NCBI RefSeq assembly: GCF_001194135.2
Contig: NC_068982.1
Coordinates: 52,757,235-52,821,234, forward strand
Direction of reading: 5' to 3'
DNA length: 64,000 nucleotides
Source: Octopus bimaculoides
Taxonomy: Eukaryota
How positions within the stretch are numbered: position 1 is the stretch's first letter; each line of letters starts with the position of its first letter. Below are positions 53,275-64,000 of the stretch, in pieces. The notes beneath the pieces were generated by a model. The model had not been told where the DNA came from. It was given only the letters and a program-made list of their open reading frames with translations, and made no database searches. The translations under genes were made by a program, and so were the position numbers.

Positions 53275-56200
53275 TTGAATAAAACAAATAGTAAATGCAT
53301 TAGTTTCATCTCTTGATGCTTTCACTTTATATCCCAGTGGAATAGAGTTCACTTTACATTTCTATCGATTAAATAAATACTAATCTATTACTGGGGCTGA
53401 TATAATCAGTCGTAATCCTACTGTATTCGCGCCTATTGTATATAGCTCTATCTAGTCACATCTCTTTACGTTTTGTGTTCAAATCCTCATTAAGGCCTAT
53501 TTTGTTTGTCATCATTTACGAGCTGATAAAGTGAGTACAAATCAAATACTCGGTTTGACTAAACAAGTTACACTTCTTTCGTAAAATTTGTCTTGGGTCT
53601 ATGTTAACAATCATCATTTCCTCTTTATAATACCAACAGTGTTGTTTCTGTGACACACGTTACCTAACTTTTTCTTTTAGTAACACACTTAGGTTTTCAT
53701 GGATTCTTTAAGAAAAAGACAAGAAATGTAAACAAATTTCTTTTAAATGTATATTTGAACTCAAAATGTTCGAATATACTATTCTATCTACTTCTATCAT
53801 TTCTATCATTCTGGAATCTACTATTTCTATCATTCAATAACTTGTCCTCGCGTATGTAAGACATTTTTTTCAAAAGAGGAAAATTTATTGCAGAATTACA
53901 TCGTTTCGAAAATGTTACTGAAAATATAATCAATAAACAGAAAAGATAGAAAAACAACTCCTGAGAACACCCGTAATTGAAGAAACCTTTACATAATTCA
54001 CGACCTGCTGGTCAAGCCATAAAAAGAAAAAGTTGATATGCAAATAACATAGTTCCTTATAGGAGAATAAAAAAAGATACACTTAAACAGAAAATAAGTA
54101 TTTTCTTCTTATAATCTCATCTCTCTTCTTATTTCCAATACAAATACAATATATTTCGCTGAAATTAGAAAATTATAAGGTTTCTTGACAGACTTTCTGC
54201 TGATTTCAACTATTGATATCAAATACATAAAATAGGAAAGAAGTTTAATGAAAAATCAATAAAATATACGAATATATAAGAGTTTGAATGTTCTTATTTA
54301 AAAATTTTTTTTTCTATTACTGTTATAATTATCTGCTGTCTGAACTGATTGTTGTAAATAAAATATTCTCCAATGGACAACGCAACGAATTAGAAAATCT
54401 ACTTAAATTTTCTCACTGACTGAACAAAAGAATTACGTTTATTCTCCTCTACATACGTGTCATTGTAAAAGAAGTGTCAGCAATAGAAAGTAGGATTCAA
54501 ATATTGTTCTACCTACTCATTAAATCAACTTTAATTAAAGATTTAATTTATGACAGTTTTTTTTCGAAAATATACTACGAATTAACGCATATGAAACAAT
54601 TTTAAGCAGAATATTAAATAATTTATGAAGTAGGAGAGAATCGTTAGAGCGTTGGACATTGCTCTGTGGAATTTAATGACATATACGTTTTGAATTAAGA
54701 TTCCGGCAGAGTAGCCTTTGCTATTCGTTCTTCTAAGGGTGATAAAGAACGTACCTAGCAATTATATCAAGGGAGGTGGATGGGTCAAAGAGGAACGTGA
54801 CGGGCTGGTACCCAGGGTTAAAACTTTTCGACCAAGAATCAGTGTCAGAAATGATTAAAAATTTCATAATATTATTCAGTATTATACAGAATGTTTAAAT
54901 TAGCCTGTGCCATACCCTTTTCAGTAATATCTGAAATTCCTTCACAAGATTGAATAAAGAGATTTGCATGTGAGAGATTTCAACCGTTTTAATCTATTAA
55001 AGATGAAGACATATATATATAGAAACGGAACTGCAGTAGTAACAGAGAAATATTTTCAGTGGCTTCTTTGAAGCTGTCTCTCTAAAAAGCAGAACCAAAA
55101 TACGTCAATATATTTCTACTTCTATAACCGAAGATCAAATTACAAATGTTATAATAATTCGATAAAAGCAAGAAATGTGTTTAGAGGTGAAACGAGATTT
55201 TAAATAATCCTAAAATATTTTAGCTGTTTATTTACTTGCTTTTCATTACGTCTTAATACTTTTACATCGCTACAAGAATCAATCTGCATTATTTTTCATG
55301 ACTTATATGTATATATTTCTGTCCAAATCAGAAATTAATATTTTCTATCGAAATGAAAAAAACAAAATTTCAAATATATTTTCCTTGAACTAAAATAAGA
55401 TTATCAAGGTGGAAGAATATGATGATAAAATAATGATTATTGTTGAGTACATTTTCCCGTTGATATGAAAAATCACATAAAATAAAATGGCGTTGTGTGC
55501 CCGTCATTTGTTCAACCGGTTGAATTACCTGCCCCTAGATCAACTCGCAAATAGCTGGACGTTCCACGGACATCTGTACCTTTAACATAACACTCAGAAA
55601 GAATCAGCATGACAGAAGTGAAGCGATAAGGTTGTATCTTGCGATTTATGGATACACTTCACCCAACAGCTTCCGTCGAATGAAATATACAAAGTATAGG
55701 TCGAATCGAGTCAATACAAGAATGACATCTGTCTAAGATGCTGTGCAGTAGGATAGAACTTAGATCATCATAGATGCTAAGCTAAGGCCTTAAAAATTCG
55801 GTCATATTGCATCTAGAGAAAATTGCACATATAAATTCTAAGCACATTATAATGCTTTGTGAAATTACTAAATAATGAAATATTTATAACAGGTAAACCT
55901 TTATTTCCTGTATAATATAAATATCTTTGTAAGACTTCCAAGATATTACATATTGAAGAGAATTTGATGAAAAATATCCTTCCGTTATAATTCCGTTCGA
56001 ATTAGCAATTACCAACACCAAAGTAGTACAATANNNNNNNNNNNNNNNNNNNNNNNNNNNNNNNNNNNNNNNNNNNNNNNNNNNNNNNNNNNNNNNNNNN
56101 NNNNNNNNNNNNNNNNNNNNNNNNNATATATATATATATATATATACATATATATATCTATGTATGTGTATATATACATACATATGTATATATATGTATA

Positions 56201-57410
56201 TATATAGATAGATAGATAGATAGATAGATAAATTAATATTTTCTTCATAGCAGGATAGTTTAACTTTCAGCTCAGCGACTATTTACATCTACTATAGAAT
56301 TATTTTATTATTCCCGCAAAGAATTCTATAAAATGTTGAACAGGTGAAAGATAATCTTCGTAGTTAAACATATTTATATTCACCGTTCACTCTCGATTTA
56401 GCAAGAAACAAAGAATAAATACAAAAATAGGTATTTCTAAAAGACATTACCAATCTTGAAACCTGATGAAAAATAGCTATTTTTCTCCTAGAAATTGTAG
56501 AAGTGAGAAATAAGAATCCCTTCAAGTTTTCAAGATAATGTAATTGGGGAAAAAATTCAGGAAGCTAACGTGTCAAATTCAAAGAATTAATTGGCAAACG
56601 AGCTTTTCTATTAGATAAAATATCTTTTGGGTTCTTATTGTAATTTTACAATATTAAAGTTGTTTGTGAAATTTTATATCAGAATAAATTCTGTGAAACG
56701 ATATTTGCATCAATGTCATCTATGCATTTATTGTGTTATACTCAAGTCGTTCTTAACGCAAGGTTTTGTCGGTGAGAACGAAATTATTGATGACACACAT
56801 TGCTACTACTGATAATGGTTTCAAACATTGGCACACTTAATTTATCGTCCTCAAGAGCGATAAAAAGCAAAATTTAACCTTGGGGTGTCTGACCACTCTG
56901 TTATAGCTATCAGTCACATTCACAAGAATAACAACGTTTTTGAAAAAGAATTTCCACACGGGCAACAGAAAATATTAATATAAAACCTTAAAAGAAGTTA
57001 GCAAAGACATATTTTAAGGTCAAATATATAAATAACAGTCTCCACTTTTCCTACCAGTCTATGCACATTTATGCATAGATATGTATATGCATGTGGGCTT
57101 GTGTATGGTTGTGCATATGTAAATAAGGAAAAGCTTTTCTTTAATAAAAAGTTATATTATAGATACGACTCTAAAGGTTGATATTAAGAGAGTGAGAGAA
57201 AAGGAGACAGAAAAAGCGAGAAGGAGGAGGAGGAGGAGGAAGAAAAAAGAAGAGTGGGAAAAGAGACAATAATTCACTTCTGTAGTTCACTTCTAATTCA
57301 TGTAATCTGCGACCGGATATATGGGTAGCAAAGTTCATTTCAGAAAGGATTTGCTCTCGGAACTCAAAACTTAGAATGTAATGAACATATTGCAAGGACG
57401 AGCATGCATG

Positions 57411-58468
57411 TCATTATCCAGTTTTATTTCAAGATTTCTTGCTAATAGAGAAAGAGTCGGTTTCTAACCTAGGTCCAAGGCTCCTTTATTGGAATTTCAA
57501 CAACACAAACAGGGTATTTTTGTATTATGTATATGTGTTCAGATTTGTATGTTTTATTTTATGCATGTATTGTCATGCTTACACTTGCATAGATAGACAT
57601 GCTCATGTATGTATGTATGTATGTATGTATGTATGTATGTATGTATGTATGTATGTATATATGTATGTACGCATGCATGTATGTATATATGTATGTATGT
57701 ATTTGCAGATTTGTATGTTTTATGTATGTAATCTCATGCATAGAGTTACATATCTAGACATGCTCATATATTTTTAAATGATAAACTTCTGGAAAGTTTT
57801 ACAGACTTTTACAGTTCCAGTGATGGATTGGATCTGTAGCCTTCGAATTAGCTTTCTCCTTTCTGGTTTTGAGAAGCCTAATTTCACAAGATTGGTATTT
57901 ATGTCCCCAATAATTACAGGTATAAACCTGAACTTGTAATGCAGATAGAGTGACTGTAGATTTCTCAATAGTCCAGCATAGGTGTTCTCTTTTTCACTGA
58001 TCTTCAGCTTTATATTAACATGCGCTGGGCAGCTAATTTCTACAACTGTGCACAGTTTCTCTTCTCTATCCCAAATCATTATATCAGGTCTGTTGTACTC
58101 ACATTTTATTGAGGTCTTCNNNNNNNNNNAAATCATTATATCAGGTCTGTTGTACTCACATTTTATTGAGGTCTTCACTGGTACATTCCACCAGTATTCC
58201 TTTTCATTATGAGTGGCTATGGCTTGTACCATATTGTGGATTTTTATTTCTTTGTCCTCGGGATTATCCTTCCGACAGATTTCACTATAGACTGTCCTGG
58301 CTACAACGTCATGTCTCATCGGTAGATAATACTGTGATGACATTTTCAGACAACTGCTTATGATGTGGGTGATATCTTCAGTGTGAATTTCACAAATTCT
58401 GCAATGGTCGTCACATTTTACGGCTTTTCCTGCATCTCTATCCCTTTTGTGTATCAGGTACTTGGTTG
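57411..58468 (-). mobile_element. 5'-truncated R4-type RLE non-LTR retrotransposon in a (TACA)n tract
   Basis: CDDHCRICEIHTEDITHIISSC (CCHC), MRHDVVA, YWWNVPV...NRPDIMIWD...VVEISCP...KISEKENTY (PD-(D/E)xK RLE), stop 57774-57776; 3' UTR ends AAACTGGATAATGA; 5' end abuts (TATG)n. Confidence 0.92.
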
Positions 58469-58720
58469 ATATGTATGTATGTATGTATACTTGTATGCAT
58501 ACATGCATGCATGCATGTTTGTATGTATGTATGTATACATGCATGTAAGTATGTATGTATATATGTATGTATGTATGTAAGTATGTATGTATGCATACAT
58601 GCACACACACATGTATGTATGTACGTACGTACGTACGTACATACGTATGTATGTATGTATGTATGTATGTATTATGTATGTATGTATGTATGTATGTATG
58701 TATGTATGTATGAATGCATA
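58469..58720. repeat. Degenerate (TATG)n microsatellite
   Basis: Direct reading. Confidence 0.95.
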
Positions 58721-58903
58721 TGTATTAAGTATCTCAAGTTGTATTTCTAGAGCTAGTGATTTGATGTGAGACTGCATATTGAAACTAAAGTAATTATAGT
58801 TGTGTCTGAAATTTTGACATATGAACAAATAAATTAAATTACTTTCTTTTTAATTGCTTAAAATGGTTCTTCCACGATGTAATTGCAATATGTATGTACA
58901 TAC

Positions 58904-58963
<60 letters not shown>

Positions 58964-59633
58964 GTACATCTGTTTGTGCATGTATGTGTGTCACTACTCG
59001 CGTGTGTTTGTATATTGTTATTTTGGATAATCAACGAACAGAAGATAATAACCTGTCACTAAGTATCCACTACTGTCACTTTTACAAATAGAATTGTGAT
59101 CAGTAAGTTGTTCAGGTATAACAATTCTACATAGGCATAACCTTCTTCTCAGAAATATTACTTGTAAACGACTTAACACTTCGTACTGTCCTTACTACAA
59201 AGATTTCCACTCCTGTAAATCCTGTAGACTCATATATTTATTCAGCAGTATTTGACCGACTGGAATTGTCTGTGACCTCAATACATCAGACAACCGAATC
59301 GCAAGTGCACATAATTGAAATAAATAAAATAATAATAAATCCTTCCTTAAGGGAAGTCAATGAATACTCTATCTCGGTTCCGATTTTGGGTGGTTTTTCT
59401 CTTCAATTTTAGAAATTTTATCAATTAACCTCACCAGGTATTGCACTGACACTTATGTCAAATTTCAATTATCACACTAAAATTCATGGGAAAATCTTTC
59501 ATGGCGTTTTCAAAGCGACTTAGTGAAATCAAAGCTGAATTACTTAGAGATGATGATGTTTTGAAGTGGAAAGTATCTTCAGTCAAATATTTAGTATATC
59601 ATAGAGGGTGGATAACAAATGTTTTGCTATAAA

Positions 59634-59802
59634 CGCAGGTGCGGTTGTGTGTTAAGAAGTTTGCTTCCGAAGCACACAGGTCCGGGCACAATCCCACTGC
59701 GTGGCACCTCGTGCAAGTCTCTTCCATTATAGCCTCGAACCAAGCAAAGTTTTGTGAGTGAAATTGGTAGACGGAAACCGAAGGAAGTCCGTCGCAAATA
59801 TA

Positions 59803-59856
<54 letters not shown>
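59634..59856 (+). mobile_element. SINE family B 5' half ending in (GT)n
   Basis: cccactgcgtggcacc...ggtagacggaaaccgaaggaagtccgtcg then microsatellite. Confidence 0.8.
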
Positions 59857-59858
<2 letters not shown>

Positions 59859-60014
59859 AATAATGCACCCCGGCGTTGCCCGGCTGTTATGACCTACACC
59901 CACATTGTATTATTCGTTCCTTTCTTATGCGTAGAATTGGCACACAAGGAGTATGAAGCAAACAACTCTTCATAAACATGTTTTTTTGTCATTTGCGGAT
60001 GAATGACGCTGCAG

Positions 60015-60158
60015 TTTCCGTTTAGCAAATTCAGTCACAAGTCTGTGGTTTGCTTAGGGCTATAATAGAAAACACTGACCTAAGGTACTATGCAGCAGGA
60101 CTGTAGAACCATGTGGTTGGGAAGCAGAGTTCTCAACTACACAGTCATTCTTGCACTT
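60015..60158 (-). mobile_element. SINE family B 5' half, degraded, inverted relative to 59634-59856
   Basis: cagtttccgtttagcaaattcagtcacaag...gaaccatgtggttgggaagc...acacagtcattc. Confidence 0.65.
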
Positions 60159-60660
60159 AATATGTGTGTGTGTGTTTACATTTGTTGTTAAATCGAATAT
60201 TGTGTCCTACTATGTCTCAAAGTTAACAGAGATCTATAAAATAAATGCCAGATTGAAATACGTATTGAGATCAGTATAATCAATTAAATTTTAGAAGGTG
60301 ATACCCCATTATGGTGACAGTTGAAAGACTAAACCCAGTAAAATAATGTTTAAAGACTTAATGGCTACAAATTTAAGGTAATGGCTTACTAACCACAAGA
60401 TAATGAGTTCAAAACTTCGTATTGGACTTCCACTCTATACGATAACAGTATATGTACATCTCAGTCTACTTGACTTCCATCAATTAACAATTGTAATTTG
60501 CAGTTCAATGGTTTGCAGTAAGAAAGATGCCCAGATTTCTTTAAAAATTGTTGTGCAAAATATTCTGAGAAAAAGTATTTTTTCACCACAACAAAACACA
60601 CATACACACATGCGCGCGCGCGCACGCACACGCACACATACACAAACACAGAAGTGTGTT

Positions 60661-60810
60661 TGTGATAACTTGAGTTAGTACAAAAGGCAGCCAAGTTCTC
60701 TTAAAACACGCCCTTTCATCAAAAGAAAGACACAGATTTACAGTATTTCAGAAAGAAAAAACAAACAAACTATACAATGGGTCTGCTACATCAAAGGCAA
60801 CTCTGGGCTA
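60661..60810 (+). repeat. 150-bp direct repeat of 62118-62267
   Basis: One mismatch (60670 T vs 62127 C); both copies start at TGTGATAAC; the left copy is cut by an N gap. Confidence 0.95.
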
Positions 60811-61173
60811 NNNNNNNNNNNNNNNNNNNNNNNNNNNNNNNNNNNNNNNNNNNNNNNNNNNNNNNNNNNNNNNNNNNNNNNNNNNNNNNNNNNNNNNNNN
60901 NNNNNNNNNNNNNNNNNNNNNNNNNNNNNNNNNNNNNNNNNNNNNNNNNNNNNNNNNNNNNNNNNNNNNNNNNNNNNNNNNNNNNNNNNNNNNNNNNNNN
61001 NNNNNNNNNNNNNNNNNNNNNNNNNNNNNNNNNNNNNNNNNNNNNNNNNNNNNNNNNNNNNNNNNNNNNNNNNNNNNNNNNNNNNNNNNNNNNNNNNNNN
61101 NNNNNNNNNNNNNNNNNNNNNNNNNNNNNNNNNNNNNNNNNNNNNNNNNNNNNNNNNNNNNNNNNNNNNNNNN

Positions 61174-61231
<58 letters not shown>

Positions 61232-61388
61232 CACACACACACACACACACACATACACACAAGCTCTATTTTATTATACAATATATATATATGAATGTGT
61301 TTGTGAGTGTGTGTACGTCAGGTGTGAGTGTGTGTGAGAGAGTTTGTGTATGTGTGTGCGTGCGCGCGTATATATACATATATACATA

Positions 61389-61793
61389 TATAATTTCAAT
61401 AATAATAAAAGGGTAAAGTTAATTAGATAATTAATCAATTAATTAATTAATAATTAATAATTTTACCAAGTAGTTCGGTATGTTAAAATCACCTCTTTAG
61501 GTAAAATTATACAAATATTCTATAATTATAAACATAATTATAATCAGGGGTCAGCTAATTGCGTCGCCACGCACCGAATTTAGAAATAGGAGTCAAATGC
61601 CTTTTCTACTACCATAAAGATCTCCCAGACAGTAACACACTTTTTTACATAGGCAAAAAGGAAAAATAACGATTCCACACGACTCAGATTAGCTACATAT
61701 GCGTTTCGTGATTAAAGTTATATTTACTTACTTATTTCTCATCTTCAGTGCAGCATTTCGAAATATAAATTCGAGAGTGTTAGGATTAAATAT
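61389..61793. mobile_element. Penelope-like pLTR-type segment (segment A forward, hammerhead-bearing segment B inverted)
   Basis: 61389-61490 is a direct repeat of 63582-63682; 61508-61793 is the reverse complement of 63700-63998. Confidence 0.65.
61692..61754 (-). ncRNA. Hammerhead motif, mutated copy of 63739-63806
   Basis: gctgca-CTGAAGA-tgaga...atcac-GAAA-cgcata-tgtagc; stem II mismatch (TCAC vs TCTC) and stem III palindrome broken (ACGCAT). Confidence 0.6.
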
Positions 61794-61905
61794 CTCTTTT
61801 ACTCTTTTACTTGTTTCAGGTGACATAAACACACCACCATCGGTTGTCAAGTGATGTTGGTTGGGGGTACAAATACAGACACACAAACATATACACGCAC
61901 AAACA
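61794..61905 (-). mobile_element. SINE family B 3' end with internal deletion
   Basis: ctcttttactcttttacttgtttcag|gtgacataaacacaccaccatcggttgtcaag...acaaatacagacacac. Confidence 0.75.
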
Positions 61906-62391
61906 TATTGATGCGACCACCGAAAAACAAATTAATGTTATGTCCCTATCTCCCGAGCTGGGTTTGAAACCGTATTCTGGTTGTTGAGGACAATGGTATT
62001 TCCTTTGTCCTGTGAACAAGTACAGTTATTTTTAGCGTAGGAGTGATCGCTGACCCTTTCAAGTCAGCGAAAGTTCAGAAAAATAAACTAAGGAACTGTA
62101 CTAAACTGACCCAACTTTGTGATAACCTGAGTTAGTACAAAAGGCAGCCAAGTTCTCTTAAAACACGCCCTTTCATCAAAAGAAAGACACAGATTTACAG
62201 TATTTCAGAAAGAAAAAACAAACAAACTATACAATGGGTCTGCTACATCAAAGGCAACTCTGGGCTAAACAAAACACAGAGAGATATACTTCCCATTAAA
62301 AGATTATCTACTAAATAATAGTAATAAAGTTGACAATATATTTTCGAAGCTTCATACCCTGGTAAAAGTAGCACTGTTGAGCTATGGTATT

Positions 62392-63243
62392 TGTGATAAA
62401 TACGACAGTGAGATTTGGGGACGGTAGTTGGCGTGAGCAGTTGGCATCGGGAGTTGGCGTACGGAGTTGGCGCGAGCGGTTGGCCAGGGCAGTTGGTATC
62501 AGGCAGTTGGCGCGAGCAGTTGGCGAGAGCGTTTGGCATCGAGGAGTTGGTGGACGGCAGTTGGATGAAGAACGAGAGCCAGTGAAGATGAACAGTGATA
62601 AGTCTGACAGAGAGAGGCCGAGAGAGAGAGCCTATGGTCAGCAGGTACGAGTCAGCAGAAATGCATAGAGTCTCAGAGAGAGAGAGGGGCAGAGAGATGG
62701 AACTGTTGTGGCAGGCAAGAGATTGTAGTAGTCAGTTGGTGAGTTCTTGGATTCTAGTGGGGGCTTTGAAGGAAAGGAAATTCTTGCGGTAAAGGTTTGT
62801 GTAAATATTCTTCAAAGAAAAATGTACTTGTCGTTACGTGATGTTAAAAGAACTGTTAACTTTTGTTTGATGTTAACTGATGGAAAAGAAAAGAAAAACA
62901 ACGAAGTGAAAGAACTTTTAATTGACTTGGTATACGAACTCTTGATTGTAAACTTTGATTACGTTGTTGCATGCGCTATTGTTACATGTTATTGGATTAT
63001 TGTTACGCAATGCTCTGTTTTGTATTGATGATGTATTGTGATGTTCTAAAAGAAAAAAAAAGTTAGTTTCACTACGCAACGTATGGTCTCCGTGTTGTTT
63101 CTTCCTCCTTTTGCCTGTTGTCGTCGTTACGTGCTCCGGCTGGGTTTAGTCGTGGCGGATATCCCGACTCACTGAGCGTCGACGTTCGCGCGCGCGCGAG
63201 TTTTCTCTTCGCCGAGGCGCATCGCGCGCGGGCGTTCGTAACA
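62392..63243 (+). mobile_element. Probable solo LTR (Gypsy/BEL-like), 852 bp
   Basis: TGTGATA...CGTAACA ends; about 10 tandem (g)cagttggc-like units at about 62425-62565; unusually CpG-rich 3' end, suggesting a young insertion; TSD not identified. Confidence 0.55.
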
Positions 63244-63273
63244 ATATATATATATAGTATATATATACATATA

Positions 63274-63438
63274 TACGACGGGCTTCTTTCAGTTTCCGTC
63301 TACCAAATCCACTCACAAGGCTTTGGTCGGCCCAAGGCTATAGTAGAAGACACTTGCCCAAGGTGCCACGCAGTGGGACTGAACCCGGAACCATGTGGCT
63401 GGTGAGCGAGCTACTTACCACACAGCCATTCCTACGCC
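63274..63438 (-). mobile_element. SINE family B 5' half, near-consensus (young)
   Basis: ggcgtaggaatggctgtgtggtaag...ccgggttcagtcccactgcgtggcaccttgggcaag...gaagcccgtcgta. Confidence 0.9.
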
Positions 63439-63581
63439 GATTAAGCGTCATCGCATAACACATATTCAACCAACACTTCCAAAAATATACAGCCGAATGT
63501 GAACACATATTTATCCTCAATACCCACGTGTGTGTTACGGGCAATCCCGCAGAAACTGCAGTTTTCGATCAGGGAGTAAAT

Positions 63582-64000
63582 TATAATTTCAATAATAATA
63601 AAAAGGTAAAATTAATCAATTGATTAATCAATTAATTAATTAATAATTAATAATTTTACCAACTAGTTCGGTACGTTAAAATAACACTTGATCGCGTATA
63701 TATTTAATCCTAACGCTCTCAAATTCATAATTCGAAATGCTGCACTGAAGATGAGAAATAGGTAAGTAAATATAGCTTTACTTTAATCTCGAAACGCGTA
63801 TGTAGCTAATCTGAGTCGTGTGGATTCGTTATTTTTTCTTTTTGCCTACGTAGAAAAGTGTGTTACTATCTGGGAGATCTTTATGGTAATAGAAAAGACG
63901 AAAAAACATTTAACTCCTATTTCTAAATTCGGTGCGTGGCGAAGCAATTAGCTGACTCCTGATTACAATTATGTTTATAATTATAGAATATTTGTATATA
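63582..64000 (+). mobile_element. Penelope-like pLTR-type segment (A then B in direct order), runs off the window
   Basis: Homologous to 61389-61793; contains an intact hammerhead. Confidence 0.65.
63739..63806 (+). ncRNA. Type I hammerhead ribozyme motif, intact
   Basis: GCTGCA-CTGAAGA-t-GAGA(long AT-rich loop)TCTC-GAAA-CGCGTA-TGTAGC: 6-bp stem I (one G-U), palindromic ACGCGT stem III, GUA triplet; predicted cut after A63800. Confidence 0.8.

Noticed and set aside
58075-58177. 46-bp tandem duplication inside the R4 ORF (TSIKCEYNRPDIMI twice)
   Set aside because: The copies flank a 10-N gap exactly: contig-overlap artefact.
62046-62075. Hairpin tcgctgac-cctttcaa-gtcagcga followed by aag
   Set aside because: No CUGANGA upstream; an isolated 8-bp stem.
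62420-62570. Regularly spaced gcagttggc repeats that superficially resemble a CRISPR-like array
   Set aside because: Units are about 9-15 bp with no unique 25-45-bp spacers and no cas genes; a eukaryotic LTR minisatellite.

Overview
AT-rich eukaryotic genomic DNA with many N gaps and dense microsatellites. The SINE families and repeat landscape look like a coleoid cephalopod (Octopus) scaffold; this is an inference. Only one host coding region is supportable: the terminal exon (16205-16752, +) of a RASD-family (Dexras1/Rhes) small GTPase ending in a CaaX box (CLIQ). Its first exon was not found in the window, implying an intron longer than 16 kb. The rest is a transposon patchwork: tRNA-derived SINEs of at least 3 families, CR1/Jockey-group and L1/Tx1 LINE fragments, R4/Dong-type RLE retrotransposons in two microsatellite contexts ((TAA)n and (TACA)n), a DD37D maT transposon nested in one of them, MITE/foldback elements, candidate solo LTRs and Penelope-like segments. 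The most notable non-obvious signals are four minimal type I hammerhead ribozyme motifs of three sequence families (one sense-oriented in the putative RASD intron), a 3' tail shared by a LINE and the most abundant SINE, and a pair of Penelope-like segments that is partly direct and partly inverted around a nested SINE/LTR cluster at 61.4-64 kb. Most ORFs in the supplied track are microsatellite or gap artefacts. No prokaryotic-type system (CRISPR etc.) is present.
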